A stretch of DNA of 64,000 bases, taken from contig MCFE01000192.1 of the NCBI GenBank assembly GCA_002104905.1, forward strand, positions 72,785 to 136,784, written 5' to 3'. Positions 1 to 9,790 of the stretch are shown piece by piece (position 1 is the first letter of the stretch; each line of letters begins with the position of its first letter). A program made the translations under genes and the position numbers. The DNA is from Basidiobolus meristosporus CBS 931.73 (Eukaryota > Fungi > Basidiobolomycota). A model generated the notes under the pieces. It made no database searches. It saw only the letters and a list, made by a program, of their open reading frames with translations, and was not told the DNA's origin.

Positions 1-620
1 TGGAGGATGGGAGGGAAGATGGCAATGCCGAACAAGTATCTCCATCCTGGAACACTGGTCAACCCAAGGCCGGCACAGTTGGCAGCCAAGATACCGATGA
101 CCATGAACAGCTGGTACATGGTACCGAGGATACCACGAGCACCTGAGGTGGAGATCTCGGCAACATACATCGGGGCGACCACAGAGCCAGCACCGCAAGC
201 AATACCAATGATCACACGACCGGCCACGAACTGGGCCACGGTGGTGGCAGTGGCCACGAGGATGGCACCAGCGATGAAGAAGAAGTTGTTGAACAGCAGG
301 GTCCACTTACGGCCGAATCTGTTGGCAGCTGGGCCGGCACTGAGGCCACCAACGAGACCACCAATGGCGAGGATACCTACGGCAAGGCCCCAAGTACCAG
401 ACGACATGGGAAGACAGGCAGGGAGGCCACCATCACCATGGGCACTCATGTCACAGTTTCTGATGACTGACTCGGGAGTGTTGGGGGCGGCGCTATTGAA
501 TCCAGCGGCGAATGAAGCCAAGGCAGCGGTGATACCGCACAGCCAAATGTAAGGAGTGAACTTGACATCCTTGGAATCACAAGTAGTGATATCGGAGTTA
601 TGATTTTTCTTGTCGGTCAT
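1..620 (-). CDS. GLUT/SLC2A-like MFS sugar porter, copy 0 (5' part; 3' end runs off the window)
   Basis: Minus-strand ATG at 620 reads MTDKKNHNSDITTCDSKDVKFTPYIWLCG. After about codon 20 it is nearly identical to the 469-aa ORF at 2590-3999. It is absent from the ORF track because there is no stop codon in the window. Confidence 0.9.
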   Translation of the reverse strand, partial: MTDKKNHNSDITTCDSKDVKFTPYIWLCGITAALASFAAGFNSAAPNTPESVIRNCDMSAHGDGGLPACLPMSSGTWGLAVGILAIGGLVGGLSAGPAANRFGRKWTLLFNNFFFIAGAILVATATTVAQFVAGRVIIGIACGAGSVVAPMYVAEISTSGARGILGTMYQLFMVIGILAANCAGLGLTSVPGWRYLFGIAIFPPIL

Positions 621-1504
621 ATTTGAAACCTAGATCTGAAGAATTTTGATTGATTATTTGGTTGAAATTTAAGGGTTATTTATATTATTATATGCTAGAG
701 CCACATCCCAATATTGGGAGTGTGGAATTGAATCAATATTCCAAATAAAGCAAGGAATTTACAGTGCGACACACGCTTTTGGACGGAAAATGGATCTCAA
801 TCAAACCTAAATGAATGATTCTAGAATCATACATCAATGAAACAAGATTGCTCCAGACAAAAGCGCGCCAAAAGGAGCTCTACCAGGGAACATTAATTTA
901 TTTACTATCACTAATTATGGTTGCCCACCTCTAACTCTATTTCTCAACTGAGGGGAAGTATACCAACCCAAACAGTATTGTATATATCTGTATATGAACC
1001 TATGTAACGAGTTTGTCTATTTATCTTGTCAGGAGAGTTATAGAACGATCTTGGTATTGCCAAAAAGGTTAAGTGTCTTAGTTGTTGAAAGAATACATGT
1101 TCGTACCCCCTTCAATAGCTTTGAAAGATACGTTCAACGCGATGGCTACGCGTGTACTGAAAATCACACTTGCTTCGAAATGTATAGTCACATGTGTCTT
1201 GCATTGGGGTGTTAGGATACAAACAGATTCTAGTATCACAACCATCATCTGAAACGCTTCATGCCGATAGTTACTAGATGAAATTATGAATGTTCTTAAT
1301 ACAGGAAAAAACAACCCGTTACATGAGTAATTATGAATGCACCTCGCGTTAGTTCAGTGTATTTTATTCGTTGCATAAAATTATAAGCATATGTATTATT
1401 ACATACCATTACATTGATATTTGTAGTAAGTCCTTGACTATTTCTTTGAGTGTATGGCATTTGGGTAATAACAAAGTGAAACGAATAATTCATAGTTTTG
1501 ATTG

Positions 1505-1751
1505 TGGAATTGGTAGCTCAAAAGGTGTATGTGGGGACGAGCTTGGGCATCAACATCGAAGGGATTGGGCCAAGGCCGATAGCGAAGGTGGCCACAAAGA
1601 GCATCACAGCGACAACCATGAGTGTGTTGCCGGATGGTCTAATGAACCCAAAGGTGATAATGGTCTCCTAAATGTAAGCAAGGAGAGAGAACATGATTAC
1701 CTTGGTCTTTCAAGTAGCAATATCGCAGCTGTATATCGTTATATCCAGCAT
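1505..1751 (-). pseudogene. Internally deleted relic GLUT copy (about 35 N-terminal codons fused to the TM10-TM11 region)
   Basis: 1701-1751 aligns without gaps to the first 17 codons of the intact copies and reads MLDITIYSCDIAT*. 1505-1635 reads GNTLMVVAVMLFVATFAIGLGPIPSMLMPKLVPTY. About 1 kb between the two parts is missing and there are in-frame stops. Confidence 0.8.
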
Positions 1752-1861
1752 CATCGGAAGTTACAGATAATAAAGGTGGAATGATATTCCAGGCGATGAA
1801 GATTCTATCTGCTTGTGAATGCATAGTAAGCACTTGATCGTACAGATCGTTCGAAAACCAG

Positions 1862-1953
1862 GTATTCCTCAAATGACTGTTCCACGCTTTAAGTAGGTTT
1901 AATTTCTCCGGATTTGGATGATTCCAAATTATGGATTTTTCCTCATAATGGAA
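1862..1953 (-). promoter_or_regulatory. Conserved upstream block of the relic GLUT copy (homologous to 8155-8247)
   Basis: The reverse complement of 1906-1926 is TGGAATCATCCAAATCCGGAG, versus TGGAATCATCCAAATCTGGAG at 8183-8203. Similarity extends about 90 bp, and both blocks lie 175-200 bp upstream of an ATG. Regulatory function is inferred. Confidence 0.55.
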
Positions 1954-2589
1954 CTATCAATGGACAAGCGTTATGTAGCAAAGGGGTGGGGGGGGGCTAT
2001 ATATGTAATAATGCTTCCAAAGTTGGTTTTTAAATTTGATTTTGCTCGATATATGATGATGCACTCGCTCAAGAAGGGCGATCGGTATTAGAATAGATAG
2101 ACCACTGGGAATTTATCGGGATGAATCTTGCGGATACGAAAAAGCCATCCAGGAGATCCTGTCCCATCCAGATGTAGCATTATTCTGAATCCTTGCAGTA
2201 TTCGTTAGATGAATTTGCCATCCATGAACTGATCACCATATCGTGTTTCTTGGATCAACATCAGAGATGGCAAATGAATGAAGGAATTAAATATCTACAC
2301 AGTGAATCCCAAGAGGTATGTTCAATTCAGATAATTATCTATACAACTGGAGTGCCACAAACTGTAGCATGAGAATCAGTATTCGAAGAATAATGGGCGT
2401 CGGCCAACAGTAGCAACCAATTTTTAAAAACGTATGGTGATTTCCAAATTATCAACGCGAAAAACGTTCAACTTCGAAAAGCAAATTATGATTGAATGTC
2501 AGGTTACCATAAACAATTTAAATCAAGCATGTTTATTATGTACAAAGCTGTTTGCTACTAGTGGATTGCATAAACTGTTAAAATACTGA

Positions 2590-3999
2590 TCACTCTTTAA
2601 CCATCTCATTAGGATTGCGACCTTTGGTCTCCGGGACCAGGAAGAAGGTGTACGCAATACCAAGGGCACAAATGATTGCATAGGGAAGGAAGGAGTAGTC
2701 ACCAAGTGCATCCTTCATTGGAGGGAAGGTTTGACCAATGACGAAGTTGAACAGCCAGTTGACGGCAGTAGCAGTGGAGCTGGCAGCTCCGATGGCATAG
2801 GTGGGAATGAGCTCAGGCATCAACATCCAGGGGATGGGACCAAGGCCGACAGCGAAGGTAGCCACAAAGAGCATCACAGCGACAACCATGAGTGTGTTGA
2901 CCCCATAGATGGAGGCAATCACAATCAGCACTGAGCACACGCACATCCCAATACCACTGGTGTACAACAATGGCTTTCTGCCAACACGGTCGATCAGGGC
3001 TACCGAGACGAGGGTCATCACCAGGTTGAGGCATCCGACACCGACTGTGACATACTGGGAGTTGTCCACACCGAAGATGTCGTTGAAGATGTTGGTGGAG
3101 TAGAAGATGACACTGTTGATGCCGGAGAGCTGTTGGTAGGCGTGCATGATCATGGCAACGATGAAGAGCTTGCGAAGTCTGAAGTTCTTGAGCACCTGGA
3201 CAATGTTGAGTGTGTCCTCCTTGCTCTCCTCACTGCGGGCAGCGCTGGTCAGCTCGTTGAACTCGTTGTCAATCACACATCCGCTGCGGAGCTTTTGCAG
3301 GGCAATTCTGGCCTCGTCGACCTTGTTCTTGGACAACAGATAGCCTGGGGTCTCAGTGCAGAATGGCAACAGGATCACTTGGAGGATGGGAGGGAAGATG
3401 GCAATGCCGAACAAGTATCTCCATCCTGGAACGCTGGTCAACCCAAGGCCGGCGCAGTTGGCAGCCAAGATACCGATGACCATGAACAGCTGGTACATGG
3501 TACCGAGGATACCACGAGCACCTGAGGTGGAGATCTCGGCAACATACATCGGGGCCACCACCGAACCAGCACCGCAAGCAATACCAATGATCACACGACC
3601 GGCCACGAACTGGGCCACGGTGGTAGCAGTGGCCACGAGGATGGCACCAGCGATGAAGAAGAAGTTGTTGAACAGCAGGGTCCACTTACGGCCGAATTTG
3701 TTGGCAGCTGGGCCGGCACTAAGGCCACCAACGAGACCACCAATGGCGAGGATACCTACGGCAAGGCCCCAAGTACCAGACGACATGGGAAGACAGGCAG
3801 GGAGGCCACCATCACCATGGGCACTCATGTCACAGTTTCTGATGACTGACTCGGGAGTGTTGGGGGCGGCGCTATTGAATCCAGCGGCGAATGAAGCCAA
3901 GGCAGCGGTGATACCGCACAGCCAAATGTAAGGAGTGAACTTGATGTCCTTAGAGTCACAAGTAGTAATATCGGAGTTGTGGATCTTTTTGTCTGACAT
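2590..3999 (-). CDS. GLUT/SLC2A-like MFS sugar porter, copy 1 (469 aa, intronless)
   Basis: Twelve hydrophobic segments plus sugar-porter signatures: FGRK, MYVAEIS..RG.LGT..QL, GWRYLF, QQLSGIN, DRVGRK, GLGPIPW, NWLFNF and PETKG. Confidence 0.97.
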   Translation of the reverse strand: MSDKKIHNSDITTCDSKDIKFTPYIWLCGITAALASFAAGFNSAAPNTPESVIRNCDMSAHGDGGLPACLPMSSGTWGLAVGILAIGGLVGGLSAGPAANKFGRKWTLLFNNFFFIAGAILVATATTVAQFVAGRVIIGIACGAGSVVAPMYVAEISTSGARGILGTMYQLFMVIGILAANCAGLGLTSVPGWRYLFGIAIFPPILQVILLPFCTETPGYLLSKNKVDEARIALQKLRSGCVIDNEFNELTSAARSEESKEDTLNIVQVLKNFRLRKLFIVAMIMHAYQQLSGINSVIFYSTNIFNDIFGVDNSQYVTVGVGCLNLVMTLVSVALIDRVGRKPLLYTSGIGMCVCSVLIVIASIYGVNTLMVVAVMLFVATFAVGLGPIPWMLMPELIPTYAIGAASSTATAVNWLFNFVIGQTFPPMKDALGDYSFLPYAIICALGIAYTFFLVPETKGRNPNEMVKE

Positions 4000-4938
4000 T
4001 GTTGTGATTCTGATGCGAAGTACTTTGAATGATTAAGCATATCAGTGGCTATGATATTTATATTCATGGTGATCATTCCAATATATGAACCAGAACCTGC
4101 AACAAAGGTCGCACGAGCCGATCAAGTGGTACGAAACAATCCCGAACACCACATTTAGATTCGGAATGACTGTGCCTCGCCGATTTCAGCGAAGAAAAAT
4201 TTTATTTCATTTTGCCTTTTATGAGTATTCTAGAAATCCATTACAGTGGAGTAGTGAAACAACTTCACTCCAGTTCAAATACTCTCTTTATGGAAGTATG
4301 CCCAATGGTCAACATAATATTCCAGGCCGTGCACAGAGATCCGCTACCTATTGGTGAGTGTTTCACAACGGAGTTGCCATGATTAGTTCCTATATTGAGA
4401 TTGAACTTTAACCATAGATGTGAGTTCGCAATTGTCTCAGTACGATTGGGTTATCATGGTCGAGAGCCATTGTTTCCAGAGTTACCTGGTCCCTTAAATA
4501 TCTGAAAGAATATGTATTTGGAAGAACGGGAGATTTCGCAATTCCCATAAACTGAATTCCTTGATTGTTGGGTAGACTATTCCTACTGAGACATTTTACC
4601 TGTTGCATATTGAACGGAGTCACCCAAAATTTGGTTCCATTTAGGCATGGCTACTAAATTCAAACCATGAATTTGATCTTCAATGCGACGATATTGAGAA
4701 ACAAATACCTTTGTTCAGCCACGTTGTTGAGTAATACGACATAGCCACTGAACCTCCCATACGCTCCATACCATCTCATTTTGACTGACATTCTAACATC
4801 ACAAAGGTATATGTATGTTTATAAGATAGGTTTATTATTTACATAGTGTTGGTGACCGATTAGCATGCTTGGATATTGATTTGTGAGTTACACGATGAGT
4901 AGTAGCTCGGTCACCATCGTATTAGGACTATTAGATCC

Positions 4939-6348
4939 TCATTGCTTCACCATCTCATTGGGATTGCGACCCTTAGTCTCGGGTACCAAGAAGAAGGTGT
5001 ACAAAATACCAAGAGCGCAAATGATTGCATAGGGAAGGAAGGAGTAGTCACCAAGTGCGTCCTTCATTGGAGGGAAGGTTTGGCCAATGACAAAGTTGAA
5101 CAACCAGTTGACGGCAGTGGCAGTGGAGCTGGCAGCTCCGATGGCATAGGTGGGAATGAGCTCAGGCATCAACATCCAGGGGATTGGACCAAGGCCGACA
5201 GCGAAGGTAGCCACAAAGAGCATCACAGCGACAACCATGAGTGTGTTGACCCCATAGATGGAGGCAATCACAATCAGCACTGAGCACACGCACATGCCAA
5301 TACCACTGGTGTACAACAATGGCTTTCTGCCAACACGGTCGATCAGGGCTACCGAGACGAGGGTCATCACCAGGTTGAGGCACCCGACACCGACTGTGAC
5401 ATACTGGGAGTTGTCCACACCGAAGATGTCGTTGAAGATGTTGGTGGAGTAGAAGATGACACTGTTGATGCCGGAGAGCTGTTGGTAGGCGTGCATGATC
5501 ATGGCAACGATGAAGAGCTTGCGAAGTCTGAAGTTCTTGAGCACCTGGACAATGTTGAGTGTGTCCTCCTTGCTCTCCTCACTGCGAGCAGCGCTGGTCA
5601 GCTCGTTGAACTCGTTGTCAATCACACATCCGCTGCGGAGCTTTTGCAGAGCAATTCTGGCCTCGTCGACCTTGTTCTTGGACAAGAGGTAGCCTGGGGT
5701 CTCAGTGCAGAATGGCAACAGGATCACTTGGAGGATGGGAGGGAAGATGGCAATGCCGAACAAGTATCTCCATCCTGGAACACTGGTCAACCCGAGACCG
5801 GCACAGTTGGCAGCCAAGATACCGATGACCATGAACAGCTGGTACATGGTACCGAGGATACCACGAGCACCTGAGGTGGAGATCTCGGCAACATACATCG
5901 GGGCCACCACCGAACCAGCACCGCAAGCAATACCAATGATCACACGACCGGCCACGAACTGGGCCACGGTGGTAGCAGTGGCCACGAGGATGGCACCAGC
6001 GATGAAGAAGAAGTTGTTGAACAGCAGGGTCCACTTACGGCCGAATCTGTTGGCAGCTGGACCGGCACTGAGACCACCAACGAGACCACCAATGGCAAGG
6101 ATACCTACGGCAAGGCCCCAAGTACCAGACGACATGGGAAGACAGGCAGGGAGGCCACCATCACCATGGGCACTCATGTCACAGTTTCTGATGACTGACT
6201 CGGGAGTGTTGGGGGCGGCGCTATTGAATCCAGCGGCGAATGAAGCCAAGGCAGCGGTGATGCCGCACAGCCAAATGTAAGGAGTGAACTTGATGTCCTT
6301 AGAGTCACAAGTAGTAATATCGGAGTTGTGGATCTTCTTGTCTGACAT
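4939..6348 (-). CDS. GLUT/SLC2A-like MFS sugar porter, copy 2 (469 aa, intronless)
   Basis: Same motifs as copy 1. It differs from copy 1 at three residues: NKF/NRF, GIAY/GILY and the terminal E/Q. Confidence 0.97.
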   Translation of the reverse strand: MSDKKIHNSDITTCDSKDIKFTPYIWLCGITAALASFAAGFNSAAPNTPESVIRNCDMSAHGDGGLPACLPMSSGTWGLAVGILAIGGLVGGLSAGPAANRFGRKWTLLFNNFFFIAGAILVATATTVAQFVAGRVIIGIACGAGSVVAPMYVAEISTSGARGILGTMYQLFMVIGILAANCAGLGLTSVPGWRYLFGIAIFPPILQVILLPFCTETPGYLLSKNKVDEARIALQKLRSGCVIDNEFNELTSAARSEESKEDTLNIVQVLKNFRLRKLFIVAMIMHAYQQLSGINSVIFYSTNIFNDIFGVDNSQYVTVGVGCLNLVMTLVSVALIDRVGRKPLLYTSGIGMCVCSVLIVIASIYGVNTLMVVAVMLFVATFAVGLGPIPWMLMPELIPTYAIGAASSTATAVNWLFNFVIGQTFPPMKDALGDYSFLPYAIICALGILYTFFLVPETKGRNPNEMVKQ

Positions 6349-6535
6349 ACTTAAAACTAGAATGGAAAACCTTTGATGATACTTAGCTATATAAATAAGA
6401 TACTCATCTCAGGTGCAAGGGCTAGAATTAGATGAATTAACAATTAATAGTGTACCGTATATGTGATTAATCTTGCCATATTTGTACGGATCTAGAAATA
6501 ACGAGATACTGAATTTGAGTTTACTGGGCTTCACC

Positions 6536-6552
6536 TTTAATTTCCGGATTTG
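6536..6552 (-). promoter_or_regulatory. Short copy of the upstream motif core (TTTAATTTCCGGATTTG on +)
   Basis: Matches TTTAATTTCTCCGGATTTG at 1898-1916 and lies about 190-200 bp upstream of the copy-2 ATG, in the same orientation. Confidence 0.35.
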
Positions 6553-8154
6553 TTCGGAGTTCATTTGGTTTTGTACTTTTGCCACTACGTTGTGATCCAC
6601 CTCACCAATGAATCTACCTCTTTGGATTAGAGTGTTGTTAGTGGCTTGTTGGTCTTTGCTACATTTAGATGGTGAGAATGTGTTTTATCTCAGCTGGATA
6701 ACTTGACCTGGATAAATTTGATACATATCTCCTGGGATCTTCGGAGATTGGAATGTACTATGACTGTGATTTATGTACAGTGTACTGAAGGATAGCCAGC
6801 TCATCATACACAGTGCTTGGCTAATCGAAGAAAGCGTACTGAGATCAATACATTACAGGGGGAAGGTCCAAATTATCAATTCTCAGCATTCTTGAAGTTA
6901 TTTTGGGGTCGACCAGTCCAGATATTCAATTTTTGAAGTTATTCGTGTATCTAAAATTGGCATTTAGGTTTAACGTTGTATTGTGATGATCTGACGTGTA
7001 ATGTTGCGCCAAACCCTTACGATGTGTTTTTTGTGATACTTTATATGCAGCCAATAGGACCTTGTAGTTTAAAACCTTCAATATCCGGAATAACCATGTA
7101 CAGCATATCATCGGTTGAGTTCTACCCCTGGCCACCCCTTGCCTAGAGTATGAATCGATGCTTTAGTCGCTCATGCATGAACTATGGTAATGCCTGAAGT
7201 TCTGGCCAAAATATACTATATTTCGATCGATATATTAGAGTTTGTTACTGTATAGAGGAAGCATACCCTTTGTTGGTGCGACCTTTTCATGATTGCATAT
7301 CTTTCTGTGTATATACGGACCATCTAGTTTCAACTGCCATATGATCCTGTATCTAGCAATACCAGTGGCTTGAATTAAGTAGTAGGCAACAATATGGTTA
7401 AGTATAGTTTTGGCGCTAGGTCTAGGTTCGTAGGACCTACAAACGAGTGGTCAAAAATTGCTTATCCTACTGTTTCTTCATCCATGTCGTGTGTTGAGTG
7501 CTGCATATCAAAGAAGAACTGTAAATGAACTTGTCGATAACCTCCGTGTAGTTGCATAATATGCAGTTTTTACTAATATTACTACTGGAGCCTAGCTTTT
7601 CAAGACATACAATCGATCCTTTCACGTTACAAACGAAATATTGACTTTGAAAGTTTGGAAACAACACCAAGTGATATACTCCCATACTTTTTCAATCATT
7701 TAGGATTCCGCCTCAAAGTACAGTTTACTAAACGTAAATAGTCGAAGGTATCCATCGTACTGATGTATCTTCCACTCTACAAGAACTCACAGACTCTAAC
7801 TATCTTTGATATACTTGTCCACATGCATTTGATGAACCCTACTAGGTTTTTACGTATCGGTGCAATGATACCTTACGAAAAGTGAGTATTCAAATAACGG
7901 TGTGTTTTCTGGAGCGCTTATTCAAGTAGAACAAACCCTACCGGGTAAGTCTCAATAATACCTTCACTCTAACGCACTGATACCTTCTATTTTAGAGAGC
8001 TCATTTTACCTTTACAAATCCCACTAATGGTTCGCCAAAGTAGTGAGGAATTATATCACATTTGGCGCAATGTTTCTTTCATTTTATAAATACGGTAATT
8101 GCTATTTAACTACACTCGGCACGCACTCGATATGGCAATTGGCTTTGGAGCACA

Positions 8155-8247
8155 TTCCATTAAAGGAACGAATCCTTGATTCTGGAATCATCCAAATCTG
8201 GAGGAATCAATCCTACCTAGAGCATACATGAGTAATTTGGGTAATAG
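8155..8247 (+). promoter_or_regulatory. Conserved upstream block of GLUT copy 3
   Basis: Homologous to the reverse complement of 1862-1953, with a 20/21 core match. Confidence 0.55.
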
Positions 8248-8380
8248 TCGGGCTTTTGAGCGCCTCATGCAGGTATATTTCATTTTCCATTACACTTGGA
8301 CGAAAAGATTGCTACTATAAATACCAGATCATCATTGGTCTTGAGCATCATTCAACAATTATTACTTCTTACCTACTGAA

Positions 8381-9790
8381 ATGTCAGACAAGAAGATCCA
8401 CAACTCCGATATTACTACTTGTGACTCTAAGGACATCAAGTTCACTCCTTACATTTGGTTGTGCGGTATCACCGCTGCCTTGGCTTCATTCGCCGCTGGA
8501 TTCAATAGCGCCGCCCCCAACACTCCCGAGTCAGTCATCAGAAACTGTGACATGAGTGCCCATGGTGATGGTGGCCTCCCTGCCTGTCTTCCCATGTCGT
8601 CTGGTACTTGGGGCCTTGCCGTAGGTATCCTCGCCATTGGTGGTCTCGTTGGTGGCCTTAGTGCCGGTCCAGCTGCCAACAGATTCGGCCGTAAGTGGAC
8701 CCTGCTGTTCAACAACTTCTTCTTCATCGCTGGTGCCATCCTCGTGGCCACTGCCACCACCGTGGCCCAGTTCGTGGCCGGTCGTGTGATCATTGGTATT
8801 GCTTGCGGTGCTGGCTCTGTGGTCGCCCCGATGTATGTTGCCGAGATCTCCACCTCAGGTGCTCGTGGTATCCTCGGTACCATGTACCAGCTGTTCATGG
8901 TCATCGGTATCTTGGCTGCCAACTGTGCCGGTCTCGGGTTGACCAGTGTTCCAGGATGGAGATACTTGTTCGGCATTGCCATCTTCCCTCCCATCCTCCA
9001 AGTGATCCTGTTGCCATTCTGCACTGAGACCCCAGGCTATCTGTTGTCCAAGAACAAGGTCGACGAGGCCAGAATTGCCCTGCAAAAGCTCCGCAGCGGA
9101 TGTGTGATTGACAACGAGTTCAACGAGCTGACCAGCGCTGCTCGCAGTGAGGAGAGCAAGGAGGACACACTCAACATTGTCCAGGTGCTCAAGAACTTCA
9201 GACTTCGCAAGCTCTTCATCGTTGCCATGATCATGCACGCCTACCAACAGCTCTCCGGCATCAACAGTGTCATCTTCTACTCCACCAACATCTTCAACGA
9301 CATCTTCGGTGTGGACAACTCCCAGTATGTCACAGTCGGTGTCGGGTGCCTCAACCTGGTGATGACCCTCGTCTCGGTAGCCCTGATCGACCGTGTTGGC
9401 AGAAAGCCATTGTTGTACACCAGTGGTATTGGCATGTGCGTGTGCTCAGTGCTGATTGTGATTGCCTCCATCTATGGGGTCAACACACTCATGGTTGTCG
9501 CTGTGATGCTCTTTGTGGCTACCTTCGCTGTCGGCCTTGGTCCAATCCCCTGGATGTTGATGCCTGAGCTCATTCCCACCTATGCCATCGGAGCTGCCAG
9601 CTCCACTGCCACTGCCGTCAACTGGCTGTTCAACTTTGTCATTGGCCAAACCTTCCCTCCAATGAAGGACGCACTTGGTGACTACTCCTTCCTTCCCTAT
9701 GCAATCATTTGCGCTCTTGGTATTTTGTACACCTTCTTCTTGGTACCCGAGACTAAGGGTCGCAATCCTAATGAGATGGTGAAACAATGA
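8381..9790 (+). CDS. GLUT/SLC2A-like MFS sugar porter, copy 3 (469 aa, intronless; head-to-head with copy 2)
   Basis: The translated protein appears identical to copy 2; the differences I saw are synonymous. Confidence 0.97.
   Translation: MSDKKIHNSDITTCDSKDIKFTPYIWLCGITAALASFAAGFNSAAPNTPESVIRNCDMSAHGDGGLPACLPMSSGTWGLAVGILAIGGLVGGLSAGPAANRFGRKWTLLFNNFFFIAGAILVATATTVAQFVAGRVIIGIACGAGSVVAPMYVAEISTSGARGILGTMYQLFMVIGILAANCAGLGLTSVPGWRYLFGIAIFPPILQVILLPFCTETPGYLLSKNKVDEARIALQKLRSGCVIDNEFNELTSAARSEESKEDTLNIVQVLKNFRLRKLFIVAMIMHAYQQLSGINSVIFYSTNIFNDIFGVDNSQYVTVGVGCLNLVMTLVSVALIDRVGRKPLLYTSGIGMCVCSVLIVIASIYGVNTLMVVAVMLFVATFAVGLGPIPWMLMPELIPTYAIGAASSTATAVNWLFNFVIGQTFPPMKDALGDYSFLPYAIICALGILYTFFLVPETKGRNPNEMVKQ

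Noticed and set aside
1371-1872. ORFs 1371-1784 (+) and 1639-1872 (-)
   Set aside because: They are antisense or off-frame to the relic GLUT pseudogene and have no independent coding signal.
1983-2006. G-run GGGGTGGGGGGGGG next to a TATA-like ATATATAT
   Set aside because: A single occurrence without four separable G-tracts, so no function can be supported.
7-9787. Recurrent antisense or alternate-frame ORFs (191, 130, 113, 110, 73 aa) overlapping each transporter copy
   Set aside because: These are shadow ORFs of strongly codon-biased CDSs. They recur only because the CDSs are near-identical.
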